From: Candidatus Bathyarchaeota archaeon
GTDB taxonomy: Archaea > Thermoproteota > Bathyarchaeia > Bathyarchaeales > Bathycorpusculaceae
Length of the DNA stretch: 64,000 bases
Direction: 5' to 3'
Assembly: GCA_963782525.1 (NCBI GenBank)
Contig: CAWAKC010000012.1
Coordinates: 14,703 to 78,702, forward strand
The notes under the pieces were generated by a model. It saw nothing but the letters and a program-made list of their open reading frames with translations, was not told where the DNA came from and did not search any database. Shown piece after piece: positions 20,561-30,865 of this stretch. A program made the translations under genes and the position numbers. How positions within the stretch are numbered: the first letter of the stretch is position 1; the number at the start of each line of letters is the position of its first letter.

Positions 20561-21754
20561 TTAGATTTTTACGTTGCAGACGTTGGGGATTGCTTTGAGT
20601 TTGCTTATGATGTCTGCTGTGACTTTTTTGTGGATAACGTAGACGGATATGGCGTAGCCGCTGTTGCCGATTTGCCGAGAATAGTTTGCTCGGATGTTGA
20701 TGTCGCAGTCCGCCAAAACCTTGTCAATGGCCGCGAACACTCCGGGAACGTCTCGGTGATGAATGAACAAGGTGTAAACAGCTTTTTCCTCAACTTCTAT
20801 GCTTTCACCTGCGTTGACAGCGTTGGTGAAGTCTCCGCCCAAAAGGTAACCTGAGACGACACGGGCAATCTCCGTTGAAGTTTCCCTCTGCGCCTCAGCC
20901 GTTGATGCGCCAAGGTGGCTGCTCATCACTATGTTGTCGAGTTCTTTGAGTTGATCTTTGAATTCGGCGCCTTCCCCTTTAGGTTCTTCCTTGTACACGT
21001 CGGTTGCGGCGCCTGCGATTTTGCCTTCTTTGAGGGCTTTGAAGAGGGCTTGCTGGTCAATGTTGCTACCCCTTGAAGTGTTAATAACGAAAGCGGTGGG
21101 TTTCATTAAGGCAAATTCTTTTTCGCCGATAACCGCGTCTTTCCCGCCCGTGTGCACGCTGATGTAGTCGGCTTTAGCGAGAACTTCCTCTTTATTCATG
21201 AATTTGATACCTGACTCAAAGCACGGCTTGATATCGTAGCCGATGACTTCCATGTCAAAGGCGCGTTTGGCGATTTGAGCAACTTTTTGCCCGATTCTGC
21301 CGCAGCCCAAAAGCCCTAGTGTCTTGTAGGCAAGTTCGGTGCCTTTGAGGCTGTCTTTTTTCCAAACCCCATTTTTGAGTGAAGCGTGTGCTTGGGGAGT
21401 TTTGCGTGAAATGGCCAGCATTAAGTCGATGGTTAATTCGGCGACTGCGTTGGTGCTGCCGTACGGAGCAATTTTTACAACAATGCCGCACTCTGAAGCT
21501 GCCGCTGCATCGATGTTGTCGTATCCGACGCCTGCGCGCCCGACAATTTTGAGTTTGCCCTTAGCGCCTGCTTCCAAAACTTCGCGTGTAACCTTGGTGG
21601 CGCTTCGGACAATTAAAGCGTCAAACTGGCCGACTTCAGCGATTAGGGCGTTGAGGTCTCTTTTTTTTGTGTCGGTTTCTATGCCTGCTTCATGGAAGAT
21701 TTTTAAGCCTTCCTTCTCTAAACCATCATTCAACAGTACCTTCATGCATAGCAT
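20561..21754 (-). CDS. serA: D-3-phosphoglycerate dehydrogenase with ACT domain
   Basis: IVRSATKVT, GRAGVGYDNID, GCGRIG, SHLGASTAEAQ, HRDVPGV. Confidence 0.9.
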   Translation of the reverse strand: MLCMKVLLNDGLEKEGLKIFHEAGIETDTKKRDLNALIAEVGQFDALIVRSATKVTREVLEAGAKGKLKIVGRAGVGYDNIDAAAASECGIVVKIAPYGSTNAVAELTIDLMLAISRKTPQAHASLKNGVWKKDSLKGTELAYKTLGLLGCGRIGQKVAQIAKRAFDMEVIGYDIKPCFESGIKFMNKEEVLAKADYISVHTGGKDAVIGEKEFALMKPTAFVINTSRGSNIDQQALFKALKEGKIAGAATDVYKEEPKGEGAEFKDQLKELDNIVMSSHLGASTAEAQRETSTEIARVVSGYLLGGDFTNAVNAGESIEVEEKAVYTLFIHHRDVPGVFAAIDKVLADCDINIRANYSRQIGNSGYAISVYVIHKKVTADIISKLKAIPNVCNVKI

Positions 21755-21827
21755 CTCCAGTAAACGTTAACTGAAAAGTTGATTGGTGTTGTGGATAATA
21801 AAGTTCTCTGCAACAACGCCGAGTTGC

Positions 21828-22136
21828 TTACGCTTTAGCCTTAGCTTTTGGAGCGTTCCTTGGTTTGGCAACTCTTGTGCTCATGATGTCATAGGTTGAT
21901 TTGACATGGCAGTAAGGACATTTTAGTTGCCGCCTACCCCTATAAACAATTGAAGTTATGGTTGCGCCTGGCACCCAATGAAAATTAAAGCTTTTTCTGC
22001 AGTTCGGGCAAGTCAGCCTTGATGTGTAGTGTGGACCAAATCTTGGAAGCAAAATGAACAATATCACAAAGCCTATGGCAACAACCAAGAACAGAGCCGA
22101 AAGGAAATCAAACGTCATGAGCTTTCTGGTTCTCAA
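21828..22136 (-). CDS. TM-anchored zinc-finger protein
   Basis: TM helix, CPNC...CPYC. Confidence 0.65.
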   Translation of the reverse strand: MRTRKLMTFDFLSALFLVVAIGFVILFILLPRFGPHYTSRLTCPNCRKSFNFHWVPGATITSIVYRGRRQLKCPYCHVKSTYDIMSTRVAKPRNAPKAKAKA

Positions 22137-22160
22137 TGCACTTTTTGGGTTTATTAATGT

Positions 22161-22793
22161 TTAGCCTTGTTTTTGGGTTTTAGGCTTTGTGTTACTTTCA
22201 TTAAGATTTGCTATTAATTCTGTGCTTATTTTCTTTCTTTTGGTTCTAACATACATGAGAGTGACGACTATTACAATAGCCATCACTGCGATTGGTACAA
22301 TGATCGCGTAGATGTCAACAGCTGAGGTTGGCGGAGGACTGGGTAACGGCGAAGGAGTGATGCTTGTTGTTTCGTTACCTAAATTTGCGTCATAATAGAT
22401 GTTTAATGTGTAATTAATCACGTTGGACACATCGATTCTGAAGGGACCATTGCCGTAACTTGCTTCATACCTGTTTGGTTCGAAGTCAAATATCCAAGTG
22501 TGCACCACGTTATCATTATCTGAGGAACCCGCACTGTTTTGGCCTGCATAGGATAACGATATGGATGGATCGCCCGTAGCCGTATAGGTGCCCCTGATTC
22601 CCCAATGAAACTGCGCCGGAACTAAGGCATCGATATCTATGCTTTGGCTTTTAGTTCCCGTTATGGTTGTAACATAAACCCGATCAGGATTCGCTTGAGT
22701 ACAAAACGCAGCCTGCAGAGCAGATGATAAAGAAATAACGACAAAAAAGGTAGTGATTGCCGCCATAATTCGTCTGGTGCCCATAACAGTCAT
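22161..22793 (-). CDS. Cell-surface protein with Pro-rich linker and C-terminal TM anchor
   Basis: Signal peptide ..QANP, PSPLPSPPP linker, TM helix, KRKK. Confidence 0.7.
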   Translation of the reverse strand: MTVMGTRRIMAAITTFFVVISLSSALQAAFCTQANPDRVYVTTITGTKSQSIDIDALVPAQFHWGIRGTYTATGDPSISLSYAGQNSAGSSDNDNVVHTWIFDFEPNRYEASYGNGPFRIDVSNVINYTLNIYYDANLGNETTSITPSPLPSPPPTSAVDIYAIIVPIAVMAIVIVVTLMYVRTKRKKISTELIANLNESNTKPKTQKQG

Positions 22794-22859
22794 GCTCCTA
22801 TCGACTTAGCACCGTAAAAGCTTTTGCAAAAAAGAGGCGAATTTCAGGGACCGTTTTGA

Positions 22860-23501
22860 GGGCTAGTTTTACCCTGCTTTTTCTTTTTACAACCAACACC
22901 GCTACCACGATTACGACAACCACGACTACAATTGCGATTGAATAGAGGGCTTTGGTAGGGATGTTTTTAATGAGTTATTTTCTGCGGTGGGCGGTGTGGG
23001 AGTTGATGGGAGGCTACAGTAAAGAAAACATAAGAGTAATGTTCACGCCAAATATACCGCCATCAGAGTATATACTATGCCTTCTGCATGGATTGTTAAT
23101 TTGTGGTTCCCCGTGGGCAAATTTAAGTTTGTGGTGAAGGTGACGTTTTGTCTTCCAGGTGCATTATCGTTAGCTGTATAAATGGAATAGACCTCGGTGG
23201 GGAGCGTCGTGGGTTGGTTGTCTAAAAGGTAGACTACCCTTGTTATACCAGTTTTAAAAGCGGTTACTAACTCTGGCTTGCTTACGTTAAAATTTAGAGA
23301 GACAACATCCGAAGAGTAAGTAGTGCCATTTTGGGGACTGATGATTTCAATGCCCGACGGAGTAGTACCTGGAACAGGATCAACGATTGGTATACCAAAG
23401 AAAGGGTTCGCCCTCGCTAAACCGAATAATTGAGCCCCAAACGCCACGCCAAATACAAGCGCCAAAATAACAAGAACTTTTAGAACCGACCGGTTACTCA
23501 T
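22860..23501 (-). pseudogene. Ig-like cell-surface protein, frameshifted near the C-terminus
   Basis: Signal peptide ARANP, IISPQNGTTY; TM anchor IAIVVVVVIVVAVLVVKRK lies in another frame. Confidence 0.6.
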
Positions 23502-23801
23502 TTTACTGTCCCCTGAGTGAAGCTTTTCTCAAAACCAGTATTGGGCACAGAGGAATAAGGAAAAAGCACGGGTTGGCGTGTACAACCACTGGAATTATTG
23601 AGATCAACATAAACAACATCAGAATTAAGCAGGCAAAAGGGTACTTTCCGCATTTCCATCAATCCACGGTATATTGTGATTACCAAATAAGCTTTTAGAT
23701 AAACGACGTGTTGTCAAGAAACTTTTCTATCTTGGACAATATTTTTTTACAAAAGATCTCTTAAGCACATTATTCCATTAACATAATATAGGGTCTTTAG
23801 G

Positions 23802-24767
23802 ATGCCAAAGAAACTCGTGGCAACAGTAATGTGCATAGCAATTATCGTAGTGGCAGTTGTTAGCACAATAGGCGTTGAGGTAGTGAATGCTAATCCCTTT
23901 CCGCAGTCTACTATGGGCATCGATTCGCCACAACCCATCACCACCAGACTTGTTTATCAAAATACAAATGTTCCACTCACAATATCTATAATTCTATTAG
24001 TTGATTCCTCAGGATCTTATTCTCCAAAAATAACTCAGGTTACTTACAGTTTGGATGATCACCAAAACATATCCATACCAGATATCCCAAAGACTGGAAA
24101 AGAATTCACAGAAACGGGCATATTTGGAAGTCAAACCCATTTTGTTAATCTCATAGTAGGCGCAACACTTAGTAATCTCTCAGAAGGACAGCACACACTC
24201 AAAGCGTATGCATTTGATAATAACAGTGGAGTAATGTCCGATTCTGTTACGTTTGCTGTTCTAACCTCCTATAGTATACCTGAAGTGACAATTATTTCGC
24301 CCCAAGACCAAGTCTACAGAACCAGCGAAATCACGTTAACTTGCGCTGTAAAAGGAGATTATGAGCAGTTATGTTATGCAATCGATTACCGATCCAACGT
24401 CACACTTGGGAGAAACACAACCATAAGCATATCCGAGTTACCAAATGGCTGCCACACAATAACAGTCTATGCCACCACTCCTGGACGCTATGGCGGTTCA
24501 AGCTGGACCTACTTCATCGTTGGAACAATAAACTATTCCCTACCTAATCCCACAGCTTACCCAACCAACCCTGCCCCTTCACCCACACAAACAACCTCGC
24601 CTACCCCAAACCAAAATTCGCCCACAATTAACCCAGGTTTACCAGTGGAGTTGAACCCCTCCAAAGTCTACATAATTCTGACTATTATAATTGGTATAGT
24701 GGTTGTTGCTTGTTTCTCGCTGATTTATTTGAATAAGCGCCGACGCGGGAAGTTGCTGATTAGCTGA
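23802..24767 (+). CDS. Cell-surface protein, tandem Ig-like domains, PT linker, TM anchor
   Basis: VNANP, YSLD, NLSEGQHTL, IISPQ, PT-rich stalk, KRRR. Confidence 0.8.
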   Translation: MPKKLVATVMCIAIIVVAVVSTIGVEVVNANPFPQSTMGIDSPQPITTRLVYQNTNVPLTISIILLVDSSGSYSPKITQVTYSLDDHQNISIPDIPKTGKEFTETGIFGSQTHFVNLIVGATLSNLSEGQHTLKAYAFDNNSGVMSDSVTFAVLTSYSIPEVTIISPQDQVYRTSEITLTCAVKGDYEQLCYAIDYRSNVTLGRNTTISISELPNGCHTITVYATTPGRYGGSSWTYFIVGTINYSLPNPTAYPTNPAPSPTQTTSPTPNQNSPTINPGLPVELNPSKVYIILTIIIGIVVVACFSLIYLNKRRRGKLLIS

Positions 24768-24916
24768 AAGGGTAAATCTTTTGAAAATGGGAGTGTCAGC
24801 GTGAATTTTAGGTGTCTTTTACTGCCAAGGTGCGAAGATAGTCGCTTTTGGCATGGCGGCCTACCGATTGTTTATTGATGAATCAAAATCGGTGTCAGAT
24901 TGAAACGCTTCCCTGC

Positions 24917-25708
24917 CTAACCTGTGCCTCTTCTCCTTAAAATCAACACAAAAACCAAGCAGAAAACAAGAATTATCGCTGCAACTATCACTAACCCTGA
25001 AAGGAAACTAATGCGAAAAACGTCGCTATTCGGTGCGACGTTTGTGGGCGTTTGTGAGGATGTTGAGTTAGGGGTTGGTGTGTGCGTTGGTATTGGAGGT
25101 AAAGTCGCCATCGGAGGATTAATAGGAACATATGTTGGACGCGTACCTGGTCTGGTTGTTTCTACGGGGTCTTGGTGAAAAGTAATTGTTTGTGCCTGAG
25201 CATCCATTGTAAAGGTTAATGTTTGGCTGACGCTCGCGTTCGAGCCATCGTACTCAATGAAGCACCAGACATCTATCCACATGATGTGCTGCTGTTGAGT
25301 TAAGTTTGTAAAGACAGCAGAATATTGATCAACGGTGTTATACGTCCATGGATAAGCATGTATCAACGCACCATCAAGATAAAGAAAGATTTGCGCATAC
25401 CCAACTTCAGGTATCGTGCCGTATTGGTATGCGTTCCAGGATTGGGGTTTGGTGACTGTAAAGTTGAGTTCCAAAGCGTTAACAGCGTAATAGGGTGAAC
25501 TGGGTTCTGGAGTCTGAACGGTTAAAGTAGGCAACTCGTTGGTCGGTTGAACGATGGGATTAGCCTCTGCAACCCACGGCACCCGTAACCCAACTGATAA
25601 CATACAGATTAAAGCAAACATAACTGCCGTTATAAAGGTCTTTTTCAGGGAGGGCTGCCTCAAATTTACATATTTTGCTCTCATCTTATAAGGTTTTTTA
25701 ATTTTCAT
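24917..25708 (-). CDS. Cell-surface protein with PT linker and TM anchor
   Basis: AEANP, LNFTVTKP, PT repeats, RRRG. Confidence 0.75.
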   Translation of the reverse strand: MKIKKPYKMRAKYVNLRQPSLKKTFITAVMFALICMLSVGLRVPWVAEANPIVQPTNELPTLTVQTPEPSSPYYAVNALELNFTVTKPQSWNAYQYGTIPEVGYAQIFLYLDGALIHAYPWTYNTVDQYSAVFTNLTQQQHIMWIDVWCFIEYDGSNASVSQTLTFTMDAQAQTITFHQDPVETTRPGTRPTYVPINPPMATLPPIPTHTPTPNSTSSQTPTNVAPNSDVFRISFLSGLVIVAAIILVFCLVFVLILRRRGTG

Positions 25709-25886
25709 GCTTTATTATCAGCCTCATCGCAGGCTCAGGCAATCTATCACTTTGGCACCTTAGCCGTTGGTACAACTATCAAGCGGTTCAAGACAACTCC
25801 TGTCAAGAGTCTCAAGCGCTAAGACTATAGCATTCTTAAGCTTGCTCATGAGTTATTTCACGCTCACCAGTTTTTTTCTTAACTAA

Positions 25887-26753
25887 CTACATAAAAAGGG
25901 GGAAAATAGGGGTTTTAGCTTTGTCTCTGACATTAGGGTTTTGTGTGGATAGGGTGGAATACGTCTTTTGAGGTAATTTGTCCGTAGGTACTATGTTGTT
26001 ATGCAGAAAACCGTTGCCATGACTGCTAAGCTGTGCTGAAACCGCCGCATCTTTGCCTGGTTGGTCTTCATACAGAGAGACTGAACCGTTGCTGATTGTT
26101 ATATAGCCAATTCTTTGGACAGCAATGGAGAGGGCATGTGGATTTCCAGCAGTCCACAATCCAAGTTGAGGAGAATCTGTAGAGAAGCAGCCTACGGAAC
26201 CAATTGGAACACTTATAATGGAAGAGTTGTCAGTCATGTTGAATTGGAAGTCACCTCTCAATGCAGTACTGAAATCTTCTGGATTTACAAGGTCATTTAC
26301 GTTTGCAAACATAGTCGATAAGTCTGAGTCTGAGAACGATGCGTTGTAATTGGTGCCGATGAAGTAGGGAAGGTTTTCCTTTATTTCATGGTCTGTTTTT
26401 ATTTGCACTCTATAGAGCTCTATGGCGGCATCGCAAGATGAAAAATGATCGCCTGTTAAACGAGTAATGTTAAATTGAACCGTAGATGGGTATTGGCTAA
26501 CAATTGACATTTTAGCGCCATTGCTTGCTATATATGAAGAATTAAGTGGTGCAGGACCTGCGTATGCATAGGCTAAATCAAGCTTAAACTGTGTTTCAGG
26601 GCCTGCAATATGGATGGTTTTTGCTGAGGTTGTAGCTGACTCCAATGAAATGGTAATAATAAGTGTAGCTAAGGCAAGTATGAGGCCTGTTATTATTAGA
26701 GAGCGCTTCATCTTTTTTGTCATTTTATTCTTTAGGATTTGTTTCTTTTTCAT
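25887..26753 (-). CDS. N-terminally anchored extracellular protein
   Basis: Basic N-terminus plus TM helix; 1-nt TAATG overlap with the upstream gene. Confidence 0.7.
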   Translation of the reverse strand: MKKKQILKNKMTKKMKRSLIITGLILALATLIITISLESATTSAKTIHIAGPETQFKLDLAYAYAGPAPLNSSYIASNGAKMSIVSQYPSTVQFNITRLTGDHFSSCDAAIELYRVQIKTDHEIKENLPYFIGTNYNASFSDSDLSTMFANVNDLVNPEDFSTALRGDFQFNMTDNSSIISVPIGSVGCFSTDSPQLGLWTAGNPHALSIAVQRIGYITISNGSVSLYEDQPGKDAAVSAQLSSHGNGFLHNNIVPTDKLPQKTYSTLSTQNPNVRDKAKTPIFPLFM

Positions 26754-28099
26754 TAAGGATACCTCACTGGAACGTATGAATTAGTTGTCGAGTTGTAGAT
26801 GTATGGTGTAGATGCAGGTGACGTGAAGCCTACTGGATAAGCGGGTGTTAGCGTTGCAGAAGTGTTTGTTATCCCTGTATCATTAAGTGGCGTCTTCGAA
26901 GATATACCGTTCATTCCGTACTCTTGCCAATTGTAGTAGATGTCGACTGTGTTTCCCCAAACGTACGTGTAGACGTTCATTGGAATTCCATAGTAGTAGC
27001 TTTCGCTGCCGCCACCCCAATTGTGAGCCATTGCATAGTTGAAGTAGTCGGTGCCCTGTCCCCACGGATCATCGATTGCGCTGTCAACGTAGTAATTCTC
27101 TCCTCCGCCTCCATGCACGTCTGAACCATGAGAGTAGTGTCGTCCACCAACTTCTTCCCAAGCAACATGCCATTCTGTCCAAGAGTTGACTAACGTGTCT
27201 CCATAGTTGTCATTATGGGCATATGCATTGAAAGTCACTGGATAGTAGTAAGGTTCTGAATTTATGACGATATGGTAGGGCGTGCTAATATCGTAAAATG
27301 GATATGATCCAGTATTTCCACAGTAACCTAATTGATCATAAAGCTGACCGCTCATGCCATAAATGTACACGCTTGATACGTAGCAATAGTAAGATCCCCA
27401 GTCATCTGCGCAAACCCAAGAGATAGTTGGATTTGTGTGAATTGTGTAAGACTGTGTCGGAGTTGCTGAAACGTCTGCCAAGGGACTGACTTCTATAGCG
27501 CTTTCACCAGAGTTGGTACTATCGCCAGAAGCAGTCATTACTCGATAATGCGAGCCGCCAGGTCCAGCAGCCACGTAGATAACATGGCTTGGATTACTGA
27601 CCTGATAGAAATAAGAGGATGATATACCGTTTATGGAAGTCAAGCGACCAGCCCACCATTCTGATAAGGTTTCAGCTTTCACATACTCGCCGAGTGAATC
27701 GTATGATGGAGAATTTGTATCATCTACTGAAAAAAAGGTTTGGTAGCTTTGAGTATTTATAGGCATTATTTGACCCAGGCAGTGCGGATTTCCATAAAAA
27801 TAATAATCATGTTGATAACCGTAGCCAACCTGTGCGTTCCAGTTCCATGTGATATAATTGTATGCATATTGGTAATTTAGATCATATTGAGCCGTCATGC
27901 CTAGAAGCGCCACGCAATCGTCGCTATACTGCCAATCCGTATGGTCGCATTCAGAGTAATAATCAGGTCCAGGAAATCCTACGGTAGCCGACCAATCTCT
28001 CTGGAAATCTGCTTTTACTTCACCTGCAGACATAAGTAGGGTTATTGATAGTAATGTCGCAATAATGATAGCTGAGACTGTTTTTGCATTTTTCTTCAT
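26753..28099 (-). CDS. Secreted Tyr/Trp/Gly-rich protein
   Basis: Signal peptide ..EVKA, very high aromatic content, several Cys. Confidence 0.75.
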   Translation of the reverse strand: MKKNAKTVSAIIIATLLSITLLMSAGEVKADFQRDWSATVGFPGPDYYSECDHTDWQYSDDCVALLGMTAQYDLNYQYAYNYITWNWNAQVGYGYQHDYYFYGNPHCLGQIMPINTQSYQTFFSVDDTNSPSYDSLGEYVKAETLSEWWAGRLTSINGISSSYFYQVSNPSHVIYVAAGPGGSHYRVMTASGDSTNSGESAIEVSPLADVSATPTQSYTIHTNPTISWVCADDWGSYYCYVSSVYIYGMSGQLYDQLGYCGNTGSYPFYDISTPYHIVINSEPYYYPVTFNAYAHNDNYGDTLVNSWTEWHVAWEEVGGRHYSHGSDVHGGGGENYYVDSAIDDPWGQGTDYFNYAMAHNWGGGSESYYYGIPMNVYTYVWGNTVDIYYNWQEYGMNGISSKTPLNDTGITNTSATLTPAYPVGFTSPASTPYIYNSTTNSYVPVRYP

Positions 28100-28393
28100 T
28101 AATCATCACTAGTTCTTTTCATTTTCTGTTCTCATTAGCTCTTCTCTTAGAGCCAGGCGGTGACACGCCCCCAAGCAGTGTAGCTTGGATGGTTTTCTTT
28201 ATCGAAAGAAAAGCTTTTAGGGTTTATTATGAAATAATATTCTTAATATTAATTGTATTATTTTTTAAAACAATTTCAAAAAAAACGTTGGTCAACCAAA
28301 AGTTGAGGGAAAGTAATTAATATCTTGAGATACAATATACCCGTTGGGCAGGACTTCAAAGCAGTTAGCGAGGCATAACGTGAGGGGTATGTT

Positions 28394-28752
28394 GTGCGTT
28401 TAGAAGAGTTTATGGCCGGTAGCAGAGAGCGAGCGGTTAAGGCGTCTTTAGATTTAATCATACTTCACTTACTGGCTAAGAATGCTATGAGCAGTTATGA
28501 AATAAACAAAGCCTTAATCAAAAAATTTGGTCTAATAATTGGTCCAACCACGATTTACTCCAAGCTATCTACACTAAAAAGCAAGAACTCCTAAACTGTT
28601 CAGTAATCAGGTCAGGCAAAGTTTACTACTTGACCGAGGAAGGAAAACAATTAGAAACAAATACTCAAACAGTAATAGATGATGTTCACAGCTACCTAAT
28701 CAACAGGTTGTCGAAACAAACGCTGAAAAAAGACGAAGCTAAGCCTTTTTGA
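28394..28752 (+). pseudogene. PadR-family regulator, frameshift near 28585
   Basis: LDLIILHLL..SSYEI..PTTIYSKL; the shifted frame gives KVYYLTEEGK. Confidence 0.7.
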
Positions 28753-30076
28753 TGTAGCTTAGGGCTTCTTCTACGGTTTGGAAGCCGTATTTGACACCGC
28801 TGAACTCTTTTTTGAGCGCCAACACATCCACCTTCACCTGTGCGGGTGTACGTTTGCTCTTGATTACGTCGAGCATGAGATCGCAGAGGTGTTTAACGTC
28901 GCCTTCGCCAAAGCCGCACCGTGTTATGTCTTGGAAGCCTATTCGCAGACCCGAGGGATCGGCTTTGCTGCTTTGGTCATCGTAGGGGAGCAGGTTTTTG
29001 TTTAGGATGATGTTGGCGTCTTCGAGGTCTTGGGCGATCTTGTTGCCGCCGCCGAAGCTGCGGATGTCGACCGCGAGTTGGTGGCTTTTGGTGAAGCCTT
29101 TATGCTCGGCTAATACTTTGACGCCGTTTTCATAGAGGTACTGCCCTGCGGTTTGGGCGTTCTTAACAATTTGTATCGCTAATTCTTTGCCGAATACTTT
29201 CATTTCTAAGCAGGCTATGCCCAAAGCGGGGAGTCTGCCTAGATGTGTGCTGGATGCTGTTAGGGGGAAGACTGCATGTTGTATTTTTCGCACGGCTTTC
29301 TCTTTAGCGGGTGTATCTGGATTGCCCATGATTACGCCGCCTTGTGGACCTGGAAAAGTCTTGTGTGTGGAACTGGTGATGAAGTCTGCACCTTCACGGA
29401 GGGGATCCTGGAATTGGCCGCCAGCGATTAACCCCAGTACGTGGGCTGCATCGTATGCTATATAGGCGCCTACTTCGTCGCAGACTGCTTTTAGCTCTTT
29501 TATGGGATGCGGAAACAGAAAGAGGCTGCCGCCGAAGGTAACTATGCCTGGTTTCGCAGCGCGGATAACATAGGCTGATTTGTCAGCGTCTATGTTGAAT
29601 TCGTTGATGTCGTAAACGTGGTTTATGTTGTCGATGCCAAGGATGCTGCCTGCCAACCCAGTGTAGTCGTGGCTTATGTGGGCGCCGCAGGATAGTGGGG
29701 TGACAACCATCTTGTTGTTTTTTGATGCCAATGATAACCCTTTGAAGGTGGCTGTGTTGGCGTGGGTGCCTGAAATTAAGCGGACATCTGCCCAAGTGGC
29801 GCCAAAGAGGCTTTTGATGGCGTCGGTTGTCAGGTTCTCGATTTGGGACATATACTTTTGCCCTTGATAATACCGCTTTTTGACATGGCCAACAGCGTCA
29901 TTTTCGCCTTCAGCATAGCGGGTGGCTAAGTCGTGGCTTTGGTCGAGCATTTGGCAGACGGCGGGGGATTTGATTCCTTCGCTGGCAATCATATTTATGC
30001 ATTCTTTGCCGCGGTACTGCTCATGTTTGCGCGTGGCTTGTACTATGTCTCCGACTATGTTGGGCAGGGCTTCCAT
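28739..30076 (-). CDS. glyA: Serine hydroxymethyltransferase (archaeal type)
   Basis: INMIASE, RYAEG, GAHISH, YDAAHVLGL, STHKTFPGPQGG. Confidence 0.96.
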   Translation of the reverse strand: MEALPNIVGDIVQATRKHEQYRGKECINMIASEGIKSPAVCQMLDQSHDLATRYAEGENDAVGHVKKRYYQGQKYMSQIENLTTDAIKSLFGATWADVRLISGTHANTATFKGLSLASKNNKMVVTPLSCGAHISHDYTGLAGSILGIDNINHVYDINEFNIDADKSAYVIRAAKPGIVTFGGSLFLFPHPIKELKAVCDEVGAYIAYDAAHVLGLIAGGQFQDPLREGADFITSSTHKTFPGPQGGVIMGNPDTPAKEKAVRKIQHAVFPLTASSTHLGRLPALGIACLEMKVFGKELAIQIVKNAQTAGQYLYENGVKVLAEHKGFTKSHQLAVDIRSFGGGNKIAQDLEDANIILNKNLLPYDDQSSKADPSGLRIGFQDITRCGFGEGDVKHLCDLMLDVIKSKRTPAQVKVDVLALKKEFSGVKYGFQTVEEALSYIKKA

Positions 30077-30370
30077 TTGGTTTCCTCACAAGTTAATCAC
30101 GGAATTGGGATTAGCAGTATTTAGCCGTTACTAAAGCCAAAATAAGGTTTTAAGGGGTTAAAAACGGCTAATTCTGATTTTCTGTCTCTCATTTTCGGTA
30201 AACGAACGAGACTGTGTAAAAAGTCAGTTCGGATTTTGAAAATTGCTTCATTGTTGTTAAAAGCCGTTTTATCAGCCATTGCTTTTTGCGAGCAAATCAG
30301 CAATTTTTTGAAAAGCAATTGAGTTATCACACAGTCTCGAACGCTCAGTAAATGGGGTTTTCATTTGGAG

Positions 30371-30697
30371 TTAAAGCATCTGGTCAATGTAATGTGGCTC
30401 AGGCGTATGCTTTATCCAAGGTCTGCGGGCACCTTCGTTGTCCCAGTAAATGCAGCACATCCGCGAGGTCACAAACACCAATACGTTCGCGTTGTTGCAG
30501 AATTTTTTTCCAGTAACCGTCTGTTTGGTGCCGGGCAGAGTTATGAGGTCTGCTTTTTTTGCTCTCTCCATGTCTTCGTCGTTGTCTGGGTCGATTCCTC
30601 CTTGGCTGTTTAACTCTTTTGGGTCGATGGATACCTCGTCCTTTGTTATGTATAGGCAGTTATAGCAGTTAGTTCCCACTATGGGTTGTTTTTCCAT
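30371..30697 (-). CDS. Cys-rich hypothetical protein
   Basis: NCYNC...FC...RMCCIYW; divergent from the dtxR-feoB operon. Confidence 0.65.
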   Translation of the reverse strand: MEKQPIVGTNCYNCLYITKDEVSIDPKELNSQGGIDPDNDEDMERAKKADLITLPGTKQTVTGKKFCNNANVLVFVTSRMCCIYWDNEGARRPWIKHTPEPHYIDQML

Positions 30698-30791
30698 GAA
30701 AAGCTCCCACTTATGGGGTTGGTTTGGAGTGATTTATAGGTTGTTGGGAGTGAGCGCTGGTTTTGCTGCTAGTGTTGCACGGGTATTATTT

Positions 30792-30847
30792 TTTAGGCTT
30801 ACCTAAACCTTTATATGATATAATGAAGAAATTTAGGCATACCTAAA
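30792..30847 (+). promoter_or_regulatory. Two DtxR/MntR-type operator palindromes flanking the TATA box
   Basis: TTTAGG-CTTA-CCTAAA (30792-30807) and TTTAGG-CATA-CCTAAA (30832-30847) around TTTATAT, upstream of dtxR-feoB. Confidence 0.8.
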
Positions 30848-30865
30848 AAACAAGTCGGGATCAAA

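Noticed and set aside
24540-25120. Pro/Thr codon repeats as DNA repeat elements
   Set aside because: Explained by the PT-rich stalks of surface proteins
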